From positions 30,504,001-30,568,000 of the forward strand of contig NC_082734.1 in assembly GCF_030144855.1 (NCBI RefSeq): a DNA stretch of 64,000 nt, read 5' to 3'. A program made the translations under genes and the position numbers. The notes below the pieces were generated by a model that searched no databases, was not told the origin of the DNA, and saw only the letters and a program-made list of their open reading frames with translations. This DNA is from Hypanus sabinus (taxonomy: Eukaryota). Position 1 is the first letter of the stretch. Each line of letters starts with the position of its first letter. Below are positions 11,839 through 24,220 of this stretch, piece after piece.

Positions 11839-12330
11839 ACTGCACGTTCCTCTATCCTCATCCGCAATGCTGATGTCGATGCAGCAACTGCCCGGAATCA
11901 AGAGGAAAACTGTCCAGAGCTGTTGCGGACATGGCCATGGGCTGGCTCAACTCCTGCAGAGGTACATTGAGCTGATGGATGGTCCCCAAGTCCAGGAAAT
12001 TACCGGCTGCCCCAGAGTGCACAAAGGCATTCACCTCTCGTCGGTTCTTACCCAAAGGAAATCTCCGCCTTCAGCATGAAACCAGAATCAGTAGGGTTGG
12101 GAGTAGTGGCTACTTCTGTTAGAGTCTTCGCAACACTGAATGGTCTGCAGCTCCGAACATTCGACCTGCAGGTGACCTGCTTCCCCGCAGTAAGAGAAGC
12201 AACCTCAGCTCCAATGATGGGACCTCTCATCGACGGAGTCTTGTACAACCAATCTGCATGGACTCGATGGGACTCTGAGCAGGAGACAGGCTGGTCAGTT
12301 TATGTGGTCAGGAAGTTGAACTGAAATGTA
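11839..12330 (-). mobile_element. Gypsy (sushi-like) gag knuckle plus protease fragment
   Basis: YCGEAGHLQVEC (knuckle) and VNAFVHSGAAGNFLD (protease, DSGA-like). Confidence 0.75.
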
Positions 12331-12596
12331 GTGAGGCCAGGCTGTACAGTAGCATACGATACTAGAATTGAAATATGATACGAGACTGAAGCAAAGACAG
12401 GGTTCTAAACTAGATGTTAGATGAGAATCCAAAGTTGCGCTGATGACTGAGCACTGAAACGCAATTCGTGTGCTCTTTAAATATTAAAATCTTGGCACCA
12501 AAGCAGGGCAGGCCCTGAATATTTAAAGAGCCCATACCAGCTATCGATGTTCCAGAGAGTTAGAGCATGTAAACCCCTGAGGTCAGGTGCATGTCA

Positions 12597-12870
12597 TAAT
12601 GTAGTCAGCATGGCTTTGTGCGCGGTAGGTCATGTCAAACCAATCTTAGAGGGTTTTTTGAGGAAGTTATCAGGAAAGTTGATGAAGAGAAGACATTGGA
12701 TGTTGTCTACATGGATTTTAGTAAGCATTTGACAAGGTCCTGCATGGAAGGTTGGTCGGGAAGGTTTAGTCAATCGGCATTCAAAGAGGTAGTAAATTGG
12801 AATAGACACCACTTTGTGGGAGAAGCTAGATAGTGGTAGTAGATGGTTTCCTCTATGACTGAAGGCCTGT
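12597..12870 (+). mobile_element. CR1 RT fragment
   Basis: GRSCQTNLRGFFEEV...LDVVYMDFSK. Confidence 0.8.
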
Positions 12871-13224
12871 TGTGAGTGAAATCTATACCCTCTGGCTTTT
12901 TGATTCTCTATTGCTAGGTTGAAGACTGCATGCACTCATCTCTTCATGATTATATATATGTCTTTGTAATGCCAATTCCCAGTTTACTACTCACCAAGGA
13001 TAGAAGATCTAGCCTGCCCAACCTCTCTCTGTAACGTAGTCCTTGATTGCCACCATTATTGTTTTACATCTTCTTTACACTCTCTGTAATTTAATTACCC
13101 ATGATCCAAGGTACTTGAAGTTGTGAACTTGTTTCAGGATTTCTTTTCTTTTCCCAATACAATCCTACAATATAGGATATCAGGTTTCTTTGATGTTACC
13201 ATTACTTCAGTTTTCTTTTTGTTT

Positions 13225-13650
13225 AAGGTTAGGCCAGTCTTCCTATATTGATGTGTGGCTGCGAGTCATGGACCATCACAAATGCAATGGAAAAAAGAAT
13301 CAATGCAGCAGAGATGTGGTTCCTCAGAAGAATGCTATGCATAGGATAACTGATGGAGAAGTTCTACAGAGAACAAAAACAAAACATGCATTACTTTAAA
13401 AAAAATCAGAAAACAGCAATCGAAATTCTTTGGACACATCATGCAAAGAGAGACATTAGAATATTTAGTTACAACTGGAAAGCTGGAAGGAAATAGAAGC
13501 AGAGACAGACAGAGAGTGAGAATGATGGATTAACATCATGGTTAGAAACAGGGGAGGCAACAACTACAATTCAGAGGGTCCGGGACTGTGATGGATAGAG
13601 AGACATGATTGCCCACGCTGAGTGGCAAGGCACCTGAACACACAATTTAA
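13225..13650 (+). mobile_element. RTE-clade LINE 3' fragment
   Basis: EMWFLRRML...KFFGHIMQRETLEYLVTTGKLEGNRSR, typical RTE C-terminus. Confidence 0.7.
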
Positions 13651-14019
13651 TTACTTCTTTCCTAGAATGAGGTGTCCAAAGCAGCACACAATATTCGAGG
13701 TTGGACTCACCAACGTCTTGTATAAAAAGAATATCACATTCCAGTTCCTATACTACTTGTCTTCACTGCTTGAAGGCCAGTGTACCAAATACTTTCTTCA
13801 CCATCCTGCCCATCTGTAATGTCACTTTTGTGGAAGTTTCTGTAGGGTAAGGTTAAGATTCAAGTTTAATTGGCTTTATTCATGTGTATCGTTGAATTAC
13901 AAACAAAACAGTGTTACTTTGGGGGCCAAGGTGCAAACCACAGTATCAACAATCACACACAGCACATGCCACATATAGCATATATAGTATTTCAGTAAAA
14001 TATTATTCATGAATTTTAG

Positions 14020-14775
14020 AACATAGAACATAGAAAACCTACAGCACAATACAGGCCCTTTGGCCAACAATGCTGTCCTGAACATGTACTTACTTAGAAA
14101 TTACCTGGGGTTACCCATAGCCCTCTATTTTTCTAAGCTCCATGTACCTATCCAGGAGTCTCTTAAAAGACCCTATTGTATCCATTTCCACCATTGATGC
14201 CAACAGCCCATTCCTCACTCTCACCACTCTCTGCATAAAAATTTTACCCCTGACATCTTCTCTGTGCCTAGTTTGAAGCACCTTAATACTGTTCCCTCTC
14301 ATGTTAGCCTTTTCAGCCCAGGGGAAAAAGCCTCTGACTATCCACATGATCAATGCTTCTCATCATCTTGTACACTATCAGGTCACCTCTCATCCTCTGC
14401 CTCTCAAAGGAGAAAAGGCTGAGTTCACTCAACCTATTCTAATAAGGCAAGCTCCCCAATCCAGGCAACATCCTTGTAAATCTCCTCTGCACCCTTTCTA
14501 TAGTTTCCTCATCCTTCTTGTAGTGAGGTGACGAGAACTGAGCACAGTACTCCAAGTGGGGTCTGACCAGGGTCCTATATAGCTGCAACATTACCTCTCC
14601 ACTCCTAAATTCAATCCCACAATTGATGAAGCCCAATGCACTGTATGCCTTCTTAACCACATAGTAAACCTGTGCAACCTGGACTCGGACCCCAAGATTC
14701 CTCTAACCCTCCGCATTGCCAAGAGTCTTACCATTAATGCTATATTCTGCCATCATACTTGACCTACCAAAATGA
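14020..14775 (-). mobile_element. CR1 3' fragment with (TTCTATG)n tail
   Basis: LYRTLVRPHLEYCAQF...ERVQRRFTRM; microsatellite tail at 14020-14037. Confidence 0.9.
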
Positions 14776-16809
14776 GTCACCTCACACTTGTCTTCTGCTG
14801 AGCGAACAATGACTCCAGCATGGACACCTTGCTACATTGCCTCTGGCTTTCCAGTGGAGTGTTCAACTCTGACACCTCCCCAGAGTGACGATAAACAGGC
14901 AACACTGCAGCTTGAGGCCTGATCGAGCCCACACAGTTCCCCCAATACTTACCAATAAACCAAAGAATAAATTTGTCTTGCAACATTCCACATTAACAAT
15001 GTGTAAATGTGATGGCAAGAAAAGAGACTAAGAGATTTACTCACTACAAAACAGCACCGCACCTTGGTGCACCAAATCTCTCCAACACCTCTCTGATTCA
15101 GTCAGCAGCACAACTCACATCAAGTCCAGCTCCTCCACTTTCTCTGCCGACAAGCAACTCACGGATGGGGGTAGCCCTATGGTACTTTAAGTTCTTAATA
15201 TATTTTAAAAGACAGAATACTGAATATATTATTACATCTTTGGTTGAGGCTGTAGAAGACACTGTGTCCGAGCACACCTCCATTTCACTGGAGTTGGTGT
15301 ACTGTCAGACACGGTACTGTCAGAGGCTGAACCAAATCTTTGAGAGCTGGGCGTCACTTTGTAAAACGTTTCTGTTCAAGCTTCAGAACCAAGGTGACCA
15401 AGAATATCAAAATAAAGATGCAAACGTAGGATTGTTGCACAAACAGCAGTTTGTGGAAAGTTATTTTATTGATTCTCTAGTATTACTGGCAAATAACATG
15501 CAGAGTTAATTGCTTATTAACTCTTGAACTACGTATTATGATTGATACTTAAATGATGGAATTCAGAAGTATACATATTTGATCAATATATGTATCCAAA
15601 GAGACAATCTCTGCATAAAAATGGCATTTCTCTGTTCAGACTTGAGAAAAGTGGCATCACTGGCAGACCGGGCAGTGAAAGACGTGTCAGTCAGGGCATT
15701 TAATCTGGGATTTGCGAGGTTATGTCTACATGGTATCTGCGCTGTGTTGCTCTGTGACTCTACCACCTAGCTTAGTGTCATCTTCAAACTGACTATCCAT
15801 GTCTTCTACACTCTTTATATGAATGATGAAAAGCAATGGGCCCGGCACCGATCCCTGTTACACGTCACTGCTCACTGATCCAGTCCCGTAAACAAACTTC
15901 GACCATCACCCTCTGTCTCGTAACGTGGAGCCGAGTATCTATCCACTTCTACCTCTCCCTGGACCCCATGTCATCTAACCTTCCATGCAGTTCCATGCGG
16001 ACTATATCTAATTTATACTCCATTGATGCTTTTCTTCTGAATGAAGCGTCTCTAACACGATGTGTCGGTGATACCCTCATCAATTCTCTGGGTTACCTCT
16101 TTAAAGACTAGAACAGATTTGGGAGATTAACTGAGGAATTGAACAAGTAAGTAGGGAGGTCGATTATATCCCAGATTGTTGATCAAACAGCTGGAGACCG
16201 CAACGGTCTTGGTCTCCTGTTTGAGCCGAAAATGTAGCCCACGTAAAGCGGAGATTAACCCAACCCTAACCAGGGGATCAGGGCTGTGAACAGCGCCGGC
16301 CTCGGGGTGTTACTCAGCTGGGAATCTACGAATAACACGCGATAATCCGGAGAGCAGGTCGAGCGGAGAGGAAAACCTGTGCTGGGAACTGTGCTCCGGA
16401 CCAACAGTTGGTGCTGTGGATGTACAGATCTGAACGGCGAGTCAGGGAGAGTGTGCTAAGAGGCCTGACGGCTTAGACTGGTATCACTGTGTTTGTGAGT
16501 CCGGTCACATCGCTGGATTTTTCATCCCCACCTAGAGAAAATAAAACAATTTGCCTGCTACGGGATGGCACAGCTTCCCAGCTGAGTCCCAAAGTGGGAA
16601 TTAACCGCGAGTTTTTAGCTGATTTCAACATTTCAGTCGGAAAACAGCGAACATGTCGAAGATAGCGGGAGAAATCCAGGGCAGTGCAGCAGGGAAACCG
16701 GTAAATATGGGAAACGCTGCCTTTAATTTGGACCAAACTTCCTTTGCAGTAGAGAATACGGCCTTGGGCACAGACAGAGAGCGGTCTGGGTCTTGGAGAT
16801 GTCCCAGTT

Positions 16810-16915
16810 TGATTGGAATCGGAGAGTTTTTGAGCAGAGAGAAACACAGGGAGACGGAACAGCCAGGAGAGGACTGCAGGATGTCTCCGCCCCGTCCGCT
16901 CGCTGCCTTTAAATT
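16810..16915 (+). promoter_or_regulatory. H1 promoter
   Basis: ATTGG 16812; H1/AC box AAACACA 16842-16848; GC box CCGCCCC 16887-16893; CGTCCGC 16893-16899; TTTAAA 16908-16913. Confidence 0.7.
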
Positions 16916-16983
16916 GCTCTGTACCGCCGCCTCTCGCTTCATTTCTCACTCACTTCGAGAGAGTTAGTGCAGAGTGTCCGACC

Positions 16984-17610
16984 ATGACCGAGACCGCAGA
17001 AGTGGCTCCACCGGCGGCACCCGCCGCCACACCCAAGGCTGCCAAGAAGAAGAAGACGGCCGTCCGGAAAAAGTCAACCGGTCCCAAACTGGGCGACCAG
17101 ATCGACAAGATTGTGGCCGATTGCCACAGCCAGCGAGGGATGTCCGTAGCCGCGATAAAGAAGAGTTTGGCGGCCAGCGGCGTCAATGTTGATAAGCTGA
17201 GAAGTCAGATCAGGTTGACCATTAAAAGGAAAGTGGATCGCGGCTCCCTGATTCACACTAAGGGCAAAGGTGCCTCCGGCTCCTTGAAGGTCCCTAAAAA
17301 AGAAGGCGCCGGGAAAGTCGTGAAAAAGGTGAAGAAACCAGCGACCAAGGCATCTAAGACCAGGAAGGCGGTGACCAAGAAACCTGCGGCCAAGAAAACA
17401 GGTGCCAAGAAATCTCCCGCCAAACGCAAAGTGGTTAAGAAAACTGCGGTTAAAAAAGCGGCAGCTAAGAAAACAGCGACCAAGAAGACTACGCAGAAGT
17501 CCAAGAGCCCGAAGAAGGCCGCAGCCCCCAAGGTGGCCAAGAAACCGGCAAAACCCAAGCCGAAGGCAAAATCTGTGAAATCCAAGAAGACAGCGGCCAA
17601 AAAAAAGTAA
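16984..17610 (+). CDS. H1: Linker histone H1 (208 aa, divergent globular domain)
   Basis: A/P-rich N-tail, winged-helix domain ending TKGKGASGSLKV, K/A/P-rich C-tail with SPxK motifs; stem-loop downstream. Confidence 0.96.
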   Translation: MTETAEVAPPAAPAATPKAAKKKKTAVRKKSTGPKLGDQIDKIVADCHSQRGMSVAAIKKSLAASGVNVDKLRSQIRLTIKRKVDRGSLIHTKGKGASGSLKVPKKEGAGKVVKKVKKPATKASKTRKAVTKKPAAKKTGAKKSPAKRKVVKKTAVKKAAAKKTATKKTTQKSKSPKKAAAPKVAKKPAKPKPKAKSVKSKKTAAKKK

Positions 17611-17643
17611 ATAAGAAATCGCTCATATATACCTGAAACCAAC

Positions 17644-17684
17644 GGCTCTTCTAAGAGCCACCCACATATTACAGGAAAGAGCTG
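17644..17684 (+). promoter_or_regulatory. H1 3' stem-loop and downstream element
   Basis: GGCTCTTCTAAGAGCC 17644-17659; AAAGAGCTG 17676-17684. Confidence 0.93.
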
Positions 17685-17939
17685 TGCAGATTTGTGTGGT
17701 ACTTTGGTGATTATGTTTTTCCCCAAAACTTACATGCAGTTAATTAAAATCTATTTCTGTTTTCTGCCTGAGCTCCTGTTTCCGTCAGGACTGAATTCAC
17801 CCGCCTCGAGAAGCGATCCAATAAATGTGCAAACATTCAGATTCAGATAATTGACGGAAACAAAACGGGTGTTTGAATTGAATTGAAATTGGATGATTCG
17901 CGATTCTATTAATTGTAAAACTAGCCCCGGTTGCTCAAG

Positions 17940-18160
17940 AAATTGGCGGGCGATTTGAGATTGAACCGGCATGAAATCTGCAGTTAGATTGGTTGAATTA
18001 TGACCCCTATGTCACCCGTTTCCGTATTTGGCCACCGCCGGCCGGCTTCAAACCGATGAAGGAAAGGCAGCCAATCAAACCGCTGAGACTCTTATGAAGG
18101 ACATTTCCATTCCAACCAACCAGAGGGAGCAGGGCGGCCCTTCATCAACGCTTTAAAAGC
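17940..18160 (+). promoter_or_regulatory. H3 promoter
   Basis: TTGGCGGGCGATTTGAG 17943; ATTGG 17988; CCAAT 18071; TTTAAAA 18152. Confidence 0.65.
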
Positions 18161-18222
18161 CAGACCCAGCGTCTGCTCCGACACTGCAATCCTGATATTT
18201 CAGGCTGCAATCGGACTGCTGA

Positions 18223-18639
<417 letters not shown>

Positions 18640-18668
18640 ACCCGACCTCGGCACCAAGCACAACAAAA

Positions 18669-18708
18669 GGCTCTTTTCAGAGCCACCAATCCGGCAGGAA
18701 AAGGGCTG
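18669..18708 (+). promoter_or_regulatory. H3 3' stem-loop and downstream element
   Basis: GGCTCTTTTCAGAGCC 18669-18684; AAAAGGGCTG ~18699. Confidence 0.93.
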
Positions 18709-19316
18709 TCAATTCCTGTTCACTAACCTTTCGTTAATCATGCTATTCCCTTCCGTCCTTTCCTTGTCGGTGTTTTGTTCAATAAGTTGTCCCTTTTGGT
18801 CTCATTAACTCCTAACACTGAGAAGTCAGCGCGAACGCCAGATACAACCTCTTACCCCATACCCAAAGTGTCCCTGTCCCACACCCCTGCTGTGTACAGG
18901 TGGTTATTGTCGGCATGGTGTCCAGTTTCCGATTGTTACTGTTTTAGAGATAGGGTTTTAAGAAATACAGTTTACCTTTTATTACCCTATTTCTAGTCGA
19001 TTCCGCGTATAAGTTCACGGGGTCACAAGAGTTTTCAGATGCTAGGATTCAGGTTCTTACACAACAAAACCTTTTTTCACGTTACCTATTCACCTTAGGC
19101 TGCAGATTCAGAAGATAGTCCAGTGCATAAACTGATAGCATTTATACACAGACCAATCTCAACCGCGAATATATACTGTGCATCGACTTTTGGAAGCTAA
19201 ATAATCAGAAACATTCAAACCGGTGAGTTGCAATACTCAGGCTGTTACTGTAATGTAGATCTTCACTGAATTAATGAGTCAACGCATACTTTTGTAGACT
19301 AACGATCAATAAGCAA

Positions 19317-19431
19317 CTTGGCGGGATTTTCAACTTTTCGATCATCCGGGGAACTAGCTGGCAGTAACTTTCGGCGCTTTTCTTTCTGCTCTCTGTTCAT
19401 TGGTGAATAAGGCAGCTCTCTGATTGGCTTA
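19317..19431 (+). promoter_or_regulatory. Orphan H2A-type promoter (no CDS follows)
   Basis: Hand alignment with the H2A promoter: 43/55 ungapped identity (19373-19427 vs revcomp 8661-8715) plus 19/21 at the E2F block. Confidence 0.7.
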
Positions 19432-20279
19432 CTGCGCTCATCGGGAATGAAAGGGAATTTTATCTCCAGGCGCTTCATGTAACAACGTGACCCGATACCA
19501 TCCATTCTGGCCTGTTCCACCATATGCCTCCAACTAACCCGAAACCGCATCCTTAACAGTCAACTCCAACATCCTCCCAATAACACTGAGGTAAAAGTAA
19601 CCGGCCTACAATTTCTTGAAGAGTGGAGTGATATTTGTGATTTTCCAGTCCTCTGACACCATGTCAGAATAAATTGATTCGTGAAAGATCATTCCTGATA
19701 CGTCCACAAGCTCTTCAATCACCTCTTTCAGCACCCTGAGGTATAGCCCAGGTGCCAACTCACCTTCAGCTTCCCAGGTATCTTTTCCCTAGTTATGGAA
19801 ACTTCTAGACCCTGGCAATTTCAAACTTATGCGCAGTGCTAGAGTCTTCCACATTAAAGGGACACCACTTACTTCACCCACTTTGTGGTCACTATTTGGA
19901 TCTCATCACCACTGGGAGAATCAGAGGTGAACAGCAGGGATGGATTTAAATGCACTGTCGTGGAGCAGAAACTGTGGCAAGGACCAACTGGACTGAGTTA
20001 TCTCCTGACTGAACACAAAGTGTGCTGTAAGTTCACCTGCAGTCACTTTTGAATCTACCTCGTTTCCAAAACTGTGATGGTTAGGTATACAGCATGCAGC
20101 CTTTTAAAACCTTTTCCTCAGTGTGAATTCAGTAGTGTGCCCTGGAGTTGGATGACTGAATCCATTCTCACAGTCTGTGCAGGTGAATGGCCTCTCCTCG
20201 GTGTGACCTGACTGGTGTACACGTAGGGTGCGGAACAGAATGAGCACCTTCCCACAATCTGAGTATGTGATTCGGGCAG

Positions 20280-20753
20280 CGCTGTGTAAGTCCATAGCGG
20301 GGGTATTCCCTTCGGCTGCCGGCATGGGATGACGAGTCTATCGGGACCCTGAGGACTTGTGGAAACTGTGTGGTGGTTTCTTTCGAAGTTATAGTCTTTT
20401 AACATCTTTGAAATATTTTTACCGTGCCCATGGTCTTTTTTTTTACAAAATTATGGTATTGTTTGTACTGTTGTAACTACGTGGTTTTGTGCAGGTCTTG
20501 TAGCTTTAGTTTTTGGTCTTGCTTTGTCTGATGGGTTTGGAGCTCCTTTCCGGGGAACGCGCGTGCAATACTAATACGCAGCAGCCTCTCCGGACTCTGG
20601 ATTGGGGATTGCCAAACGTTATGTAGATTTTCTGGTGTAGTCTATTTTGTCACGTGTTTTGTTGATACCATTCTGGAGGAACATTGTCTCATTTTTTAAC
20701 TGCATTGCATTTGTGGTTCTTAAATGACAATAAACTGAATCTGAATCTGAATC
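20280..20753 (+). mobile_element. Non-LTR/SINE-like insertion with AATAAA and (CTGAAT)n tail, splitting a ZNF linker
   Basis: AATAAACTGAATCTGAATCTGAATCT at 20729-20753; flanks rejoin as an HTEER-P..SDCGK linker on the minus strand. Confidence 0.6.
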
Positions 20754-21929
20754 TCTCCTCAGTGTGAGTTCACTGATGTGTCGGTAAGTGGGATCAGTAT
20801 CCTTTCCCCCACAGTCTGAGCTGCTAAATACGGGCCTTCTCATTTCAAATGGAAATGTATGGAATTTTCTGGAATTCCATGTCTAAGTGTACAGTCTTTG
20901 GAATTCTCTGCCCCTTACTGGGTATACTTGAGGTGTAGATAGATACCTCAAATATACCCACCTTTGCATCATGGCTGATTTATTCCCTGCCTACCGCCCA
21001 TAACTTTTGACACCCACAATGAATCAGGAACCCATCAAACTCTGCTTTAAATATAAACGTAGACTTGGCCTCCACAGATGACTGTGGTAGAGAATTTCAG
21101 GGATGCACAATACAGTGGCTGAAGAAGTTCCTCCTTGTCTCTGTTCTAAATAGATTTCCCTCTATCCTGAGGCTGTGCCATCTGGTCCTAGACCTCCCAC
21201 CTCCCTCGATAGGAAACATCTTCTCCACATCCACTCTATCATGGCCTTTCAATATTCTCAATCCTCATTCTTCTAAATTCCACCAGCTACAGGACCACCA
21301 CCATCAAACACTCCTTGTAGATTAACCCTTTTGGCCCTGGAATCCTTCTTGTGAACTTCCAGTGGACCCTTAACCCATCCACCACCACTGCAATTCTGGA
21401 ATAATCCATTACTGTCACCATCGTGTCTAGTATGCCTCCATTTCCCCACCCTCCCCTTCCAAGTACCCTGAAACTTCTTCCTTAATAATGGAATCTAACA
21501 TCTTCATCAGGCAAACTGCACATAATTCCCTTTCTTTTGCCTCCCTCCATTCTTGGAGTAAAATTAGAGTAACATATTTTTTTAATTTTCTAGTCCTCCA
21601 GAATCTAGTAATTCTTGAAAGATAATTACTAATATCTCCATAATCTATTCAGTTCCCTCTTTCACAAACCTGGGGTGTAGACCAGGTCCAGGTGACTTAT
21701 CTACCTTCAGATGTTTCAATTTCCCAATCATCTTCTTGTGATATCAATGACCTTCACTTCTTTCCCTGACACTTGAATTTCCAACATAGTGTCTTCCACA
21801 GTGAAGACTGACACAAAATTCAGTTCATCCACCATTTCTTTATCCTCTCCTGTGACATTTTCCAGTGGTCCAATATACACTATCAGCTCTCTTATTCTTT
21901 ATATTTCTGAAAAGAAAAACAACTTTTGG

Positions 21930-22135
21930 TGCAAACATGAGGAAATCTGCAGATGCTGGAAATTCAAACAACAACACACACAAAATGCTGGTGGAACACA
22001 GCAGGCCAGGCAGCATCTATAAGGTGAAGCACTGTTGACGTTTCAGTCCGAGACCCTTCATCAGGACTAACTGAAAGGAAAAATAGTATGAGATTTAAAA
22101 GTAGTGGGGGGAGGGGGGAGAAGGGGAAATGCGAA
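21930..22135 (-). mobile_element. Penelope terminal-repeat fragment
   Basis: Same terminal sequence as 3188-3330; carries a hammerhead-like motif at 22037-22064. Confidence 0.8.
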
Positions 22136-22464
22136 AAGTGGTGGAATTATCACCCAGGCGAGGGTAGTTCCCCACCGGTCACACCTTTTCACATTGTGAG
22201 CCACTGATCGATTTCCCCGAATCGATCCTCCAAAACCTCCACCTTCGTGTGGGTGCAACAAAGCTCGTTCAGTGTCTGCACCGTGTGTCATGTGGTGTGT
22301 CTGTCTGTGTAACAGCGGACCTGGTTTTTATCTCTCCATGTTGGACACCAGCTGTCCATCAACCTGTTCCGCCCTGCTCTCTCTGCAGGAACTTCAACAA
22401 GTAGGCAAGTGATTTCAGGGAAAAGATAAACAAGCTGGCAGAGAAACCATAACATCGAGCAGTT

Positions 22465-22498
<34 letters not shown>

Positions 22499-22932
22499 AC
22501 TGCAGCGGACGCCTCCCTCTCACTCTCTTAATAGCAGCACAGTTCATAGGGTTAATTGTGGACCCCGTTTCAAACTAGGCTTTCCCCTGACAGAATGAAT
22601 CCCTTCCCATATTCGGAACAGGTGTACAGCTACTCCCCTGCATGACCTGGCTGGTGTTTCATTCACTCAAAGAACTGAATGAATCCCTTCCCACACTTGG
22701 AAAAGATGAATGGCCTCTCCTCAATGTGAACTCTCTGGTGTTTCTACAGGTGCAGCAGCCGAGTGAATTCCTTACAAAATGAGAGCCAGTGAATGACCTC
22801 TCACTGTTACCAACTCTACAGTGATTTATCCAGTCAGATCATGTATTCAGGTTCTTTTTGCTATGACTGGTGTGATGTCTTCTCAAGGATCTCCTCCTCC
22901 ACATTCATGGATCAGTGGCATTCCAGTGCTGG

Positions 22933-24220
22933 CGAATTGACATTATTTCTCACATGCTTCACATACAGGAGTAAAAATTTTTACATTATGTCTCCATCTA
23001 AATATGCAATGTATAATCATAGTAATGTATAATAAATAGAACAGTCAATGTAATACAGAGTACACTCAAATCAGCGTGAGTTCATCAGTCTGATGGCCTG
23101 GTGGGAAAAGCTGTCCTGGAGCCTGTTGGTCCTGGTTTTTATGCTGCAACACCGCTTCCCAGATGGCAGCAGCTGGAATAGATTGTGCTTGGGATGGCTT
23201 GGGTCCCCAGTGACCCTACGGCCCTTTTTACACACCTGTCCTTGTAAATGTCCTGACTCAACAGAAGTTCATAACGACACATGTGCTGGACTGTCAGCAC
23301 CACACTCTGCAGAGTGCTGTGATTAAGGGAGGTACAGTCCCAATACCAGGCAGTGATGCAACCAGTCAGGATGCTCTCAATTGTGCCCCTATAGAAAGTT
23401 CTTAGGATTTGGAGGCCGATATCAGACTTCTTCCACCATCTGAGGTGAAAGAGGAGCTGTTGTGCCTTTTTCACCACACAGCTAGTGTGTACAGACTACG
23501 TGAGGTCCTCGGTGATGTGGATGCTGAGGAACTTGAAGCTGTTTACCCTCTCAACCCCAGATCCATTGATGTCAATAGGGGTTAGCCCGTCTCCATTCCT
23601 CCTGTAATCCACAACCAGCTCCTTTGTTTTTGTGACATTGAGGGAGAGGTTGTTTTCTTGACACCACTGTGTCAGAGAGTTGACCTCTTCCCTGTAGGCC
23701 ACCTCATTATTGTTTGAGATAAGGCCAATCAATGTAGTGTCATTGGCAAATTTAATTAGCAGATTGAAGCTGTGGGTGGTGATACAGTTATGGGTATACA
23801 GGGAGTAAAGGACTGAGTACGCAGCCCTGAGGGGCTCCTGTATTGAGAGTCAGAGGGTTGGAGGTGATGGAGCCCACTCTTATCACCTGCTGGTGATCTG
23901 ACAGGAAGTCCAGGATACAGCTACACAAGGCAGGGTCAAGGCTGAGGGCTCTGTGCTTCTTGTCGAGCCTGGATGGAATTATGGTGTTGAATGCTGAACT
24001 GCAGTCCAAGAACAGTATTCTTACATAAACATCCTTCTTCTCCAGATGCGTAAGGTTGGTATGTAGAGCAGCGGCTATTGTGTCATCTGTCGATCAGTTG
24101 TGTCAGTAGGCAAAACTGCAGGGGATCTAGTTTGGGTGGTAGCAAACTGCAGATGTAATCCTTAACCAGTCTCTCAAAGCATTTGTTTATTACTGAGGTG
24201 ACTGCAACAGGACGCCAGTC
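22933..24220 (-). mobile_element. Rex1/Babar LINE 3' fragment
   Basis: DCSSAFNTIIP...TGAPQGCVLSPLL; NNLSLNVTKTKELVVDYR; FYRGTIESILTGCITAWY. Confidence 0.9.

Larger units (their letters stand above)
20105..22800 (-). pseudogene. Decayed C2H2 (Kruppel-type) zinc-finger array, broken by TE insertions
   Basis: HQSGHTEERPFTCTDCENGF (20104-20325); DCGGK...HISELT (20755-20845); HQRVHIEERPFIFSKCGKGFIQ (22680-22740); stops and lost Cys/His residues. Confidence 0.8.

Noticed and set aside
15009-15509. 166-aa ORF
   Set aside because: No recognisable motif or splice structure; unsupported
16255-16272. Telomere-like TAACCC repeats
   Set aside because: Only 2-3 imperfect units
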